NCBI GenBank assembly: GCA_020438135.1 | Contig: JAGQVF010000059.1 | Span: 4,216 to 64,371, forward strand | From: Bacteroidales bacterium | GTDB lineage: Bacteria; Bacteroidota; Bacteroidia; Bacteroidales; JAADJA01 | Direction of reading: 5' to 3' | DNA: 60,156 nt | Part shown: piece after piece, positions 7,690 through 16,748 of the stretch | Position numbering within the stretch: the first letter of the stretch is position 1 | Layout: each line of letters opens with the position of its first letter | The notes under the pieces: model-generated | Told to the model about the DNA's origin: nothing | What the model saw: only the letters and a program-made list of their open reading frames with translations | Databases searched by the model: none | Made by a program: the position numbers and the translations under genes

Positions 7690-9477
7690 TCAGATTTTTT
7701 CTATTACTTCGTTTCTTAGGTAGATTTTTTCCCAAATGGCCAAAACCAGCATATTGAATAATCTCGAATAATAAACTTGCTGATACCAAAACCAAACGTC
7801 CTGATTTTTAATGTTTGATTTAAGCGTTTGAATTATTTCTGTTTTGTCAACAAGTAGTTCATCCAATAATTTTGAGCTATTGATCAATTCGAAAAAATCG
7901 CTATTTCTGGCATCATCGTTAAAGAACATCGACAGGGGAACAAACCCGCCCTGCTTCTTCCTTGATGTGATTTTTTTTGGCATCTTATCGCGATAGGTCG
8001 CCTTGTGAATAAATTTCGCAACACCTTTTCCCTGCAATAACTCCTTTTGCGAACCTTTCACTTTGTATTTCACTGGCAGGGCATCAACAAAATCAAAAAC
8101 CGGTTTCGAAAGGTATGGGAAAGAAAGGGGGATGTCGAACAATTCTGCCATTTGTGAGGCTTTGAATAAGATTATATTAAATGCTGTATGTGTGAGATCG
8201 ACATTCTTTCTCCTGTTTTCATAGAGTTTTTCATAGGATGAAGTGAAAACCGGATCGATCCGGATCGTTTTGTGTTCTTCGGTTGGATACCTGAGCTGAT
8301 TTGCATTAAAACCCCATCGGTCGGGATACACCACCCGATCGATTTTCCGGTTATAAAAATTGATCTTTCGCAACAGATTGTTTTGTTCACTTTCACCGGC
8401 CAGACCTTTGATTATTTTTTGCGCCAGAATGATCCCTGACACATTGCTAAACCATTTCATTGCGAGTTCTTTGTTAGCCGTTCCGAATAACTGGTCGTTT
8501 CCATCTCCGCCAAGTACAATATCCGGGTTATCACCGGCAGCCGAGCGCATCACCAGGTAGTTAATCATCAGCCCACTTTCCTGAAAAGGAACTCCGGTTT
8601 GTTTTACAATCTGAGGGAGGTCAGCAATCTCAGAACCGTTTATTTCGTAGTGTTTTAACTCCGAATTAAACTCATCTGCCATAATCCTGGTAAACTCCAG
8701 TTCGCTGTGAGGATTGTCTTTAAAGCTAATCGTATAGCTTGTTAAATCACCTTCATAAAAGGAACGAATACCAGCCAGGTTGCCACCTGAGTCGTATCCG
8801 CCGCTGAGCAAAAGGCCGATTTTTGATTTGCCTGCTATCCGTTTACCAATAGCTTCTTTATGAAGATCAAAATACAGGTGGGAATAGTCCTGAGCCGAAC
8901 TGCTGCCATTCAATTCTATTTTGGGTTTGACAGAGTCCTGCAACTGTTCAGCCACAGGTACTCCCTTAGTAATATGGAGAAGATGTCCTCCCTTTAGTCT
9001 TTTAATACCTTCTATGCCGGTTTTTTCCGGTGGAATAAATCCGAACATCATAAAAAATGAAAGTGCTTTGAAATCAGGAATCGCATGAGCCCCGCTGATT
9101 TTCAGAAACAATCCCAGATCATTTGAGAAGTAACCATCATTGTAGAAAATCTGTGGACCGGTTCCTTTAAAATCGCGATAAATAACTACTTCGGATTCCT
9201 GTGAAATGATCAGCGTAAATTCGCCGTCAATAGCGGTCAGACCAGTTTTGCCCTTTGATTCGTAAAGTTTACGGATGGCTCTTAACAGTTCCTCGTTGTC
9301 GCCGTTGGGTTGGGTATATCCGGGAAGAGTGTAAACATTTCCCAGTAAAATATACCTATGTTGGCCCTCTTCCAAAATGGCTGGCTCTGCATCAGCATAA
9401 AATCCTTCATAATTAACGAAATCGGCCGGATATGCACCGGAAACCGTTTTATCATTAAAAAAGCCAAAAAATTTCAT
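7690..9477 (-). CDS. Asparagine synthetase B-like ATP-dependent amidotransferase/ligase lacking the N-terminal Cys nucleophile
   Basis: PP-loop LLLSGGYDSG, and a retained Ntn-type N-domain (DGEFTLII...IYRDFKGTGPQIFY). The N-terminus is MKFFGFF rather than MCGI. Confidence 0.85.
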   Translation of the reverse strand: MKFFGFFNDKTVSGAYPADFVNYEGFYADAEPAILEEGQHRYILLGNVYTLPGYTQPNGDNEELLRAIRKLYESKGKTGLTAIDGEFTLIISQESEVVIYRDFKGTGPQIFYNDGYFSNDLGLFLKISGAHAIPDFKALSFFMMFGFIPPEKTGIEGIKRLKGGHLLHITKGVPVAEQLQDSVKPKIELNGSSSAQDYSHLYFDLHKEAIGKRIAGKSKIGLLLSGGYDSGGNLAGIRSFYEGDLTSYTISFKDNPHSELEFTRIMADEFNSELKHYEINGSEIADLPQIVKQTGVPFQESGLMINYLVMRSAAGDNPDIVLGGDGNDQLFGTANKELAMKWFSNVSGIILAQKIIKGLAGESEQNNLLRKINFYNRKIDRVVYPDRWGFNANQLRYPTEEHKTIRIDPVFTSSYEKLYENRRKNVDLTHTAFNIILFKASQMAELFDIPLSFPYLSKPVFDFVDALPVKYKVKGSQKELLQGKGVAKFIHKATYRDKMPKKITSRKKQGGFVPLSMFFNDDARNSDFFELINSSKLLDELLVDKTEIIQTLKSNIKNQDVWFWYQQVYYSRLFNMLVLAIWEKIYLRNEVIEKI

Positions 9478-9488
9478 ATCGATTCTTT

Positions 9489-10700
9489 TTAATTGCTTCC
9501 ATGCCTGGTGTGTATAAATTTTTTATTTGCACCCCGAATGCGCAGAAGTGATAATGTCATTAACATAATTCCTTTGGGAAGGCTCATAGAAGCCCTCAGG
9601 GTTTTGATTGAATAAAATTTGCGTGGAATGGATAATAAAAATGCTGCTACAATTCCGCCAAACAATAAATACCAATAGATCGGTTTGATTAAAAACCAAT
9701 AATAAAAAGTTTGATTGGTTGTGAAGTTTTCAACAAGCAAGCAAAGTATTGCTGCCAAAAAGCCCACACCCAATAGCAATACACGTGGAAAGAGTGCCAG
9801 TTGCATCACTTTGTCGAAAAAGTCAATGTTTAACCGGGTGAAAAGCTGTACAAATCCCCTTCCGATATTCCTTGAGAAATAGATAAATTGTGCCGATAAC
9901 CACCTGCGTCGTTGGCCGCCAAATGCCCCTGAATGTTGAATCTTTTCATCCAAAACCAAAGCATCGTTCAGGTAGTGAATGGTGTGACCATCGCGCAATA
10001 AGATCAGCTCAAGTTCTTTATCAAAACCACCCACAGCTTTGATCTCCTTCATATACTGTTTCATTACCTTATAATCGAAAGCCATGCCCGAACCTATGAG
10101 TGCTGCACTCAATCCCAACACGCGGTGACCCTTGCGAAAAATGTGGTTGTTCACTTCCTCGCTGATGGCATCCAATATGGCAAAACTGGTATTATAGTTT
10201 TTTGCTGATCGATGGCCCTGTATAAAAGTTACCTCGCCAGTGAAATGGCAATTGATCTTGTGTAGGAAATCGTGCTCCATGATGTTATCGGCATCGAGAA
10301 TTACCCCCAGATCGTACCCGTCACCCAACTCATTAAATGCCCTGTTTAAGGATTTGGCTTTTGTGCTTTTATCGAAACTAACCTCAATCAGTTTAATGGG
10401 TAAGCTTTTCAATCTTTCGACCGTTTGGGGCATAAATGAATCGGCGATAACAATAACATCATAATAATCGGTAGGGTAGGATTGACGGAGCGCATTTTTC
10501 GCTACATCGATAATTACAGAATCTTCACGGTATCCTGGAATCAATACTGCAATTCTGTTGTTTTTCTGATTTTGCCCGGTTTTGTCCTTGTAAAACAAAC
10601 CTGCCAGTGCATACAGCAAAAAATAGGCAGAAGAATACGCCAGGTAAATGAATAGCAGAAGGAAAATGATATTCACCATATGTTTAAGGATCATTTCCAT
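9489..10700 (-). CDS. Membrane-embedded processive-type family-2 glycosyltransferase (QxxRW class)
   Basis: N-terminal TM helix and GT-A core (IAVLIPGYRED, VIVIADS, VILDADN, GSGMAFD). GGQRRRW matches the Q(Q/R)xRW motif. Four predicted C-terminal TM helices. Confidence 0.85.
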   Translation of the reverse strand: MEMILKHMVNIIFLLLFIYLAYSSAYFLLYALAGLFYKDKTGQNQKNNRIAVLIPGYREDSVIIDVAKNALRQSYPTDYYDVIVIADSFMPQTVERLKSLPIKLIEVSFDKSTKAKSLNRAFNELGDGYDLGVILDADNIMEHDFLHKINCHFTGEVTFIQGHRSAKNYNTSFAILDAISEEVNNHIFRKGHRVLGLSAALIGSGMAFDYKVMKQYMKEIKAVGGFDKELELILLRDGHTIHYLNDALVLDEKIQHSGAFGGQRRRWLSAQFIYFSRNIGRGFVQLFTRLNIDFFDKVMQLALFPRVLLLGVGFLAAILCLLVENFTTNQTFYYWFLIKPIYWYLLFGGIVAAFLLSIPRKFYSIKTLRASMSLPKGIMLMTLSLLRIRGANKKFIHTRHGSN

Positions 10701-10706
10701 ATGGCG

Positions 10707-11483
10707 TTACCTGGGTTTCCAAACTGTTAAAAAACCACTTGAAAAGGTCACCGGCAGTCGGTCGGCGATCCAACAATCAAGTTTTTGAAGAACCAGAGAA
10801 TATCTTGCAAACAAAGAGAATGGAAATACATTTTCAACGAAGTTGGCTGCTCTTACATCCTCAATTTCAAATCCACTGCTTTCTGCCAGGTTTTTCAGGC
10901 TCTTTTTCGAAAAAAACTGCACGTGAGTGAGGTCTTCCGCAGATGACTGAATGGTTTCTCCTTTGTAACCCATCATTTTTTTAAGACCCAGAACCACTTT
11001 AAATGTAAATCCCTTTTTCCGGATTAGGTTTTGCATCCTTTTGGTGATCAGTACCTCCCTGGGACCAAATCCGTTAGGAACTGTTACAATCACAGCCCCA
11101 CCCGGATTCAGATAGTTTTTAAAGAGTTGGGTCAGATCCTCCGGATGGTTTAAATGTTCTATCACTTCACTGCATACCAGTGCATCAAAACGGGTATCAT
11201 TGAAGGTGGCAAGATCCTCGGCTTTCACTGTTTTGAAGGTCAGGTTTGGAAGTTTGTAATTTCTTTTAGCCTCTTCGATTGCTTCAGTGCTGATATCAAT
11301 TCCTGTGACCTGGTAGCCGTACTTTGCCAGTTGAAAACTGATGTTTCCGTTACCACAACCGATGTCGAGCACTTTACCTCCCGGTTTTGTATGTTTTGAA
11401 AGGCTTTCGAGGATAAAGGATAATCTTTTAAGATCCTCAGCCCGGGTGTAGTGGGTGTAATTGATGAATTTTGCTTTTTTCAT
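10707..11483 (-). CDS. Class I SAM-dependent methyltransferase
   Basis: Motif I VLDIGCGNG, post-I GIDIS, and motif II/III FDALVCSEVIEHL. Confidence 0.85.
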   Translation of the reverse strand: MKKAKFINYTHYTRAEDLKRLSFILESLSKHTKPGGKVLDIGCGNGNISFQLAKYGYQVTGIDISTEAIEEAKRNYKLPNLTFKTVKAEDLATFNDTRFDALVCSEVIEHLNHPEDLTQLFKNYLNPGGAVIVTVPNGFGPREVLITKRMQNLIRKKGFTFKVVLGLKKMMGYKGETIQSSAEDLTHVQFFSKKSLKNLAESSGFEIEDVRAANFVENVFPFSLFARYSLVLQKLDCWIADRLPVTFSSGFLTVWKPR

Positions 11484-12390
11484 TAATCCGAAATCTTTTG
11501 TTTAGGGTTTTAACATGCCACATCACTGCCCTTATATAGGCTTTGAAGTGGTTAAACTGAAATTTTAATACATACAGCGTGAGACTTTTGGGTATGGCAA
11601 CAGTAACCATATAAATACACGACAACCTGGCTGCTATTCCTGTGATGTTTCGTCTGGCGAATAATATTCTGTTTCGTGTAAAATAATAGGTTTTTAAAGT
11701 ACTTGCTTTGCCTGTTGAAATCGATTCTTTGTGCATAACCACAGAAGCAGGCTGGTAAAAAATCCGGTATCCCCTGTTCTTGATACGCATACTCCAGTCA
11801 TGTTCTTCATAATAGAGGAAATAGTCTTCCGGCATCATACCGGCCTCACGGATCACTCTGTGAGGAACCATCATGGCACAACCATGTGCAAAGTTGGTTT
11901 CGGTAACCTGGTCGTACTTCCCGTCATCCTTTTCGCGGTACCCTATACCATTCATGCGAAGGGTAAAAATGTTGATCTTGCTAAAGCCAGCATACTGTAT
12001 GGTGTCGGGATGATAGTAAAACTTAATTTTGGGGCTTACCATCCCAATTTTATCATTGTTTTCAAACAGATTGACCATGGGCTCAAGGAAACCGGGTTCA
12101 ACCTCAGTATCATTATTGATAAACAGCATAAATTTGCCCCTGGCATGCATGATGCCGAGGTTGTTCCCACCGGCAAATCCCAGGTTTTGATCGCTTCTGA
12201 TCAGGTTTACCTCAGGATAATCCTTTGAAATCTGGTCAGCCGGTTCGTGGGAACCGTTGTCGACAACAATAATCTCCAGGTTAGGCCAGGTTACTTTACG
12301 AAGTGAATTGAGCAATTCGCATGTTACCTGTACCTGGTTATAATTGATCGTAATAACCGATATGAGCGGTTTGTCAGCCATATGTTTCAA
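11437..12390 (-). CDS. Family-2 glycosyltransferase (soluble, rhamnosyltransferase-like)
   Basis: ISVITINYNQ, VVDNGS, NLGFAGGNN, FINNDTEV (DxD-like). The 3' end overlaps the next gene by 47 nt. Confidence 0.85.
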   Translation of the reverse strand: MKHMADKPLISVITINYNQVQVTCELLNSLRKVTWPNLEIIVVDNGSHEPADQISKDYPEVNLIRSDQNLGFAGGNNLGIMHARGKFMLFINNDTEVEPGFLEPMVNLFENNDKIGMVSPKIKFYYHPDTIQYAGFSKINIFTLRMNGIGYREKDDGKYDQVTETNFAHGCAMMVPHRVIREAGMMPEDYFLYYEEHDWSMRIKNRGYRIFYQPASVVMHKESISTGKASTLKTYYFTRNRILFARRNITGIAARLSCIYMVTVAIPKSLTLYVLKFQFNHFKAYIRAVMWHVKTLNKRFRINEKSKIHQLHPLHPG

Positions 12391-12435
12391 TTGAATGAAA
12401 TATGGCTCTGGTTGGGGAAACTGGTGGTTTGTTGT

Positions 12436-13764
12436 TTATCCTTTTACCGGCGCACGTCCGATGCTGTAATAGGTGAATCCGAAATCAGCCATCTCCTCCG
12501 GATCGTAAATATTCCTTCCGTCGAAGATCACGGTTTGATTCATGAGCTTTTTCAGGATTTTGTAATTCGGAATCCTGAATTCATTCCATTCGGTTACCAG
12601 CAGCAAAGCATCGGCTTCGAGGGTTGCCTCATACATATCCGGTGTATATTCTATCACATCTCCCATACGTCTTTTGGCTTCTTCCATTGCAACCGGGTCA
12701 TAGGCCTTTATTTCCACACCTTCTGCAAGCAAATGTTCTATGATAACCATCGAAGGTGCTTCACGCATGTCATCGGTGCCAGGTTTAAAGCTGAGACCCC
12801 AAATGCCTATTTTTTTACCTTTGAGATTGCCGCCGAAATGTTCCTTCACTTTTTTATAGATAACAAGTTTTTGATCGTCATTTACATCTTCGACAGATTG
12901 TAATATACGCAGGGGATAATTGTTGTCCTGTGCGGTTTTTATCAATGCTTTAACATCTTTTGGGAAACATGATCCGCCATACCCAACGCCCGGATATATA
13001 AATTTTGGACCGATACGGCTATCGCTGCCGATTCCTTTTCTAACCATGTTAATGTCAGCACCTACGATCTCACTCAGATTTGCGATATCGTTAATAAAGC
13101 TGATTTTTGTAGCCAACATCGAATTGGCAGCATATTTTGTAAGTTCAGCTGAAGGAATGTTCATGAAAATGATTGGGTGACCATTCAGAACGAAAGGTTT
13201 ATACAACCTCTTCAACAGTTTTTCCGCCCTTTCCGATTCAGTCCCGATAACGATACGATCCGGCTTCAGGAAGTCGTTAACTGCATCACCCTCTTTCAGG
13301 AATTCAGGATTCGATGCCACATCAAAATCAATCCGGGCACCTCTTTTTTCGAGTTCACCGTTGATACGGGCTTTAACTTTTTTAGCTGTTCCGATCGGAA
13401 CTGTACTTTTGGTAACCACCACCAGGTAGTTTTCCATGTATTTTCCAATGTCGCCTGCAACAGCTAACACATATGATAGGTCAGCGCTTCCGTCTTCGTC
13501 GGGAGGTGTCCCAACGGCAATAAAAGCAGCTTCACATTCATTGATCACCTCTTTGATCTCTGTCGTGAAGAATAACCTCTCTTTTTCAACATTATTTTTT
13601 ACGAGCCTTTCCAATCCCGGTTCATAAATCGGGATGATACCTTGTTTCAGTCTTTCAATCTTATTAACATCAACATCCACACAATAAACAGTGGCTCCTG
13701 TTTCAGCCAGGCATGTTCCGGTTACCAAACCCACATAGCCTGTTCCGATGATTGCTATATTCAT
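12436..13764 (-). CDS. ugd: UDP-glucose 6-dehydrogenase
   Basis: MNIAIIGTGYVGLVTG Rossmann motif and catalytic GGSCFPKD. Full three-domain length (442 aa). Confidence 0.93.
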   Translation of the reverse strand: MNIAIIGTGYVGLVTGTCLAETGATVYCVDVDVNKIERLKQGIIPIYEPGLERLVKNNVEKERLFFTTEIKEVINECEAAFIAVGTPPDEDGSADLSYVLAVAGDIGKYMENYLVVVTKSTVPIGTAKKVKARINGELEKRGARIDFDVASNPEFLKEGDAVNDFLKPDRIVIGTESERAEKLLKRLYKPFVLNGHPIIFMNIPSAELTKYAANSMLATKISFINDIANLSEIVGADINMVRKGIGSDSRIGPKFIYPGVGYGGSCFPKDVKALIKTAQDNNYPLRILQSVEDVNDDQKLVIYKKVKEHFGGNLKGKKIGIWGLSFKPGTDDMREAPSMVIIEHLLAEGVEIKAYDPVAMEEAKRRMGDVIEYTPDMYEATLEADALLLVTEWNEFRIPNYKILKKLMNQTVIFDGRNIYDPEEMADFGFTYYSIGRAPVKG

Positions 13765-13802
13765 AATCTTTAATTAGTTATTTGTTTTTAAGCATTCTGA
13801 TT

Positions 13803-13860
13803 CAAACGTATTCAATAAATCTGTACGAACAGCAGATTGCAGTAAAAACGTGCAAATATA
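13803..13860 (-). promoter_or_regulatory. Two candidate -7 boxes (TACGTTTG, TATATTTG on the minus strand) upstream of ugd
   Basis: Plus-strand CAAACGTA at 13803-13810 and CAAATATA at 13853-13860 both match TAnnTTTG on the minus strand. They sit in the only sizeable gap (163 nt) inside locus A. Confidence 0.25.
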
Positions 13861-13927
13861 AGCAAGTGTGGAAAGTTTTATTCGAAATGAATAATAGTAA
13901 ATCTCGTTCATAATACGATTTATTGGG

Positions 13928-15397
13928 TTAAGGATTTGTACTTGAATTTTCTGAAATGGTTTTCATTTTTATCCGATTTTTTAACTGATCTTCCATTTTT
14001 TCACTCATAAATAAAAATGCCATACTCATATAGATGATCAACCCGGTTGGCATTTGTCCTAATATTCCATTTCCGTAAGAAGCTGCCATGATGCCGAATA
14101 TGCCGCATACCAGTGCAATCATCCTGTTTCTCAGCCATTTGTTTTTGATTTTGAATAAGATCACCCAGGATGAGCGCAGGATAATAAAAAAGAGAATCCC
14201 CAGGTGCAAGGCAAGTCCTATGATTCCCTGCTCTGCCCAAATCATCACATACCAACTATCGGTAGGTGTATTAGCCAGAAAGGTATTGGGTGAAAACCGT
14301 TGACCCCAGTTACCGGATGAACCGATGCCTCCGCCCAAAGGTTTCGAGGCCATGTAGGATTTTAGTTTTCGCTGGTTTTCAAGTCTCACCTGCAGTGAAG
14401 GATTATCCTTGTCGAAAGCTGTCCTTAAGCGGGCTATATCATAATTTCCCTGCCCTATATGGGTGTGAAAAATGAAGATGTAAAAAGCCATGCCGGCAAT
14501 ACTTCCGATAGCGATCAGCCGGATATTTTTACTCAGGATCAGGTATAACATAAACCCGCCTAGAGGTACAGCAATAGCACCTCTGGTTCCTGATATCAGC
14601 ATGCCATAAAAAAAAATGGCTGCAGCAAGCCCATACACAATACGGCTTATATTTTTAGTTGTAGTTAGTGCCAGAACGGTGAAAACCACACCTGCATGTC
14701 CCATGGCGGCTCCAAATTGCCCTGCATCACTAAAAAATGAGAATACCCTTAGTTTTCCAAACAAAACATGTGTCAGTGAACCGCCGCCATCAAGCCATGC
14801 TTGTTCCCATGGATCCGGACCGATAAATTTTTGCATCATTCCTTTCATCACACCAAGCAATGCAAAAAACATCCACAAATGGAAAAATTTACTGAGTTTT
14901 TCCGGGGTGTCGAGAAACATTAAAACCAAAGGAATGGTTAGCAACATATGCAAGGCAACTCCCCGCATGGCGTAAAACCATGCTACCCGGCTAACCGCCT
15001 CGGGGTTTACCAACTGGAACAGTGCGTATGAATACCACAAAGCTGCAAGTAACATCAGCGGATTTCGTGCTTTTTTGTAAATATCTTTATCATGAAAGTA
15101 TTTAAAGAAAACTGCGAGATGAATCAGAACAAGCATCGAATCGATAATCAAACCCAATGAACCAGGTAAATAGCGGGTGAGGCCCAGAACTATATAGTTG
15201 ATTCCGAAAAGTACCCATATGCCCCGCTCAGGATTTTTAAAAAGGGCAAAAAGAAGCAATAAGCCAACCGGTATAGCGATTCCCATCAAAGCAATGAGAA
15301 GGCCATGCAAAGCAATCAACCATGCAAAGGCTATAATTAGAAGCAAAAGGAACGGAATTATAATGATCTTTTTATTTTGCAGGCTCATTTCGAACAT
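13928..15397 (-). CDS. O-antigen ligase/polymerase family (Wzy-like) polytopic membrane protein
   Basis: At least 10 TM helices and the Wzy_C-like signature LISGTRGAIAVPLGGFMLY. Located next to the flippase gene. Confidence 0.75.
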   Translation of the reverse strand: MFEMSLQNKKIIIIPFLLLLIIAFAWLIALHGLLIALMGIAIPVGLLLLFALFKNPERGIWVLFGINYIVLGLTRYLPGSLGLIIDSMLVLIHLAVFFKYFHDKDIYKKARNPLMLLAALWYSYALFQLVNPEAVSRVAWFYAMRGVALHMLLTIPLVLMFLDTPEKLSKFFHLWMFFALLGVMKGMMQKFIGPDPWEQAWLDGGGSLTHVLFGKLRVFSFFSDAGQFGAAMGHAGVVFTVLALTTTKNISRIVYGLAAAIFFYGMLISGTRGAIAVPLGGFMLYLILSKNIRLIAIGSIAGMAFYIFIFHTHIGQGNYDIARLRTAFDKDNPSLQVRLENQRKLKSYMASKPLGGGIGSSGNWGQRFSPNTFLANTPTDSWYVMIWAEQGIIGLALHLGILFFIILRSSWVILFKIKNKWLRNRMIALVCGIFGIMAASYGNGILGQMPTGLIIYMSMAFLFMSEKMEDQLKNRIKMKTISENSSTNP

Positions 15398-15407
15398 GAT
15401 GGATCCT

Positions 15408-16748
15408 TTATTGAAGTTTTGACCTGACTGATAAGGCCAGCCTCCGGTAAAAAATAAAGCCTTCTGTGAATATATGAATGGGATTCAGATTCAATAGTCT
15501 GTTCAGGAATATCCAGCCGTAAATCATTCCTGTGATCGTAAAAACAACAGAAACGGCCGCTACCATCACCAGTGATTGAAAAATGAATACCGCCAAAAGA
15601 TTTCCGATAAGGTTCAAACCCAGCATGATGTATACTTTCAGTGCATTTTTGTCGGGCATTTCAGCTGAATCGAGTGCCACTCCTGTAAATCTGTCGAACG
15701 GAAGGATCAGCCCGTACAAGAGGATCATCATTAAAATGGCTGTCATGAGCGGCATATCGGCCAGGTAATCTTCACCAGCCAGAAATAAAAGAATATGTTG
15801 CGAAAAAATAACTGCTGCTGCAATAACAGGCAGAAACAGCATGCTAACAGCGCCGGTATAGGTCATCAGGGTATTTTTGAAACCTTCGATATTTTGAGTT
15901 AGAAAACTTTTCGACATTTTAGGGCTTGCGGTTGCCAGAAAAGCATTTAAGGGGATCTGGATCAAATCAACTACCTTAAAGGGTATGGAGTAAATAGCAA
16001 CCCCGGTTGCTCCCAAAATTGGCGATAAGCCGATGATCAACGTATCGGAACTGCGCAACAGACTGCTGCCGGTGCTCGTTAGTAAGGTGTATTTTCCGTA
16101 ATTGATGATCTTTTTTATGGTGACCTTGTTGCTCACTTTCAGATACGACCATCCATTCCATTTTAAAATTACGGAAATGATACTTGCCGGGATGTTCGAC
16201 AAAATAAAAAGGATGATCACCCTTTCCACCCCAAATTGCCAACGGAGATTTAACAGAACCAGAATAAAAAACGGAATATTGATTAGAATCCGGGTCCAGA
16301 GTATACGATCGAATCGCTGAATTGCATTTTGATTTGCGGTTGCATTGTTCCAGAAAACAGCAATAACCGACAGCAATGGGTAGTATTTAAAGAACAGGGT
16401 ATAGATTCCCAACTTACTTTCCAACACCAGATAAAGCAGGTAAATGAAGGCCGATGAAATTCCAGCCAGCACCAGGTCGATCGCAAAGCCACTGCCCTGG
16501 AAGGTTTTCATGTGTTGGGTTGCTGTTACAGAACTGTAATGTATGATTGCCCGTTTGGTTAACCCATAACGTACCAGGTCAATAAGGGTTGATGCTGTTA
16601 CGAAGATAACCCACTCGCCAAATGCTTCTTTACCGAGAGAGCGAACCAATAGCAGAAATGTGGCCAGGTTTATTCCCGCTACAAAAACGCTGGTGGCTAG
16701 CGATTGCAGATTTTTTTCCTGTACCAGTTTACGGGTAATCGTTTTCAT
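15408..16748 (-). CDS. wzx: Wzx-type oligosaccharide flippase (MOP superfamily)
   Basis: 446 aa, about 12 TM helices, with a typical N-terminus (...NLATFLLLVRSLGKEAFGEW). The ATG shares one nt with the upstream stop (TAATG). Confidence 0.8.
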   Translation of the reverse strand: MKTITRKLVQEKNLQSLATSVFVAGINLATFLLLVRSLGKEAFGEWVIFVTASTLIDLVRYGLTKRAIIHYSSVTATQHMKTFQGSGFAIDLVLAGISSAFIYLLYLVLESKLGIYTLFFKYYPLLSVIAVFWNNATANQNAIQRFDRILWTRILINIPFFILVLLNLRWQFGVERVIILFILSNIPASIISVILKWNGWSYLKVSNKVTIKKIINYGKYTLLTSTGSSLLRSSDTLIIGLSPILGATGVAIYSIPFKVVDLIQIPLNAFLATASPKMSKSFLTQNIEGFKNTLMTYTGAVSMLFLPVIAAAVIFSQHILLFLAGEDYLADMPLMTAILMMILLYGLILPFDRFTGVALDSAEMPDKNALKVYIMLGLNLIGNLLAVFIFQSLVMVAAVSVVFTITGMIYGWIFLNRLLNLNPIHIFTEGFIFYRRLALSVRSKLQ

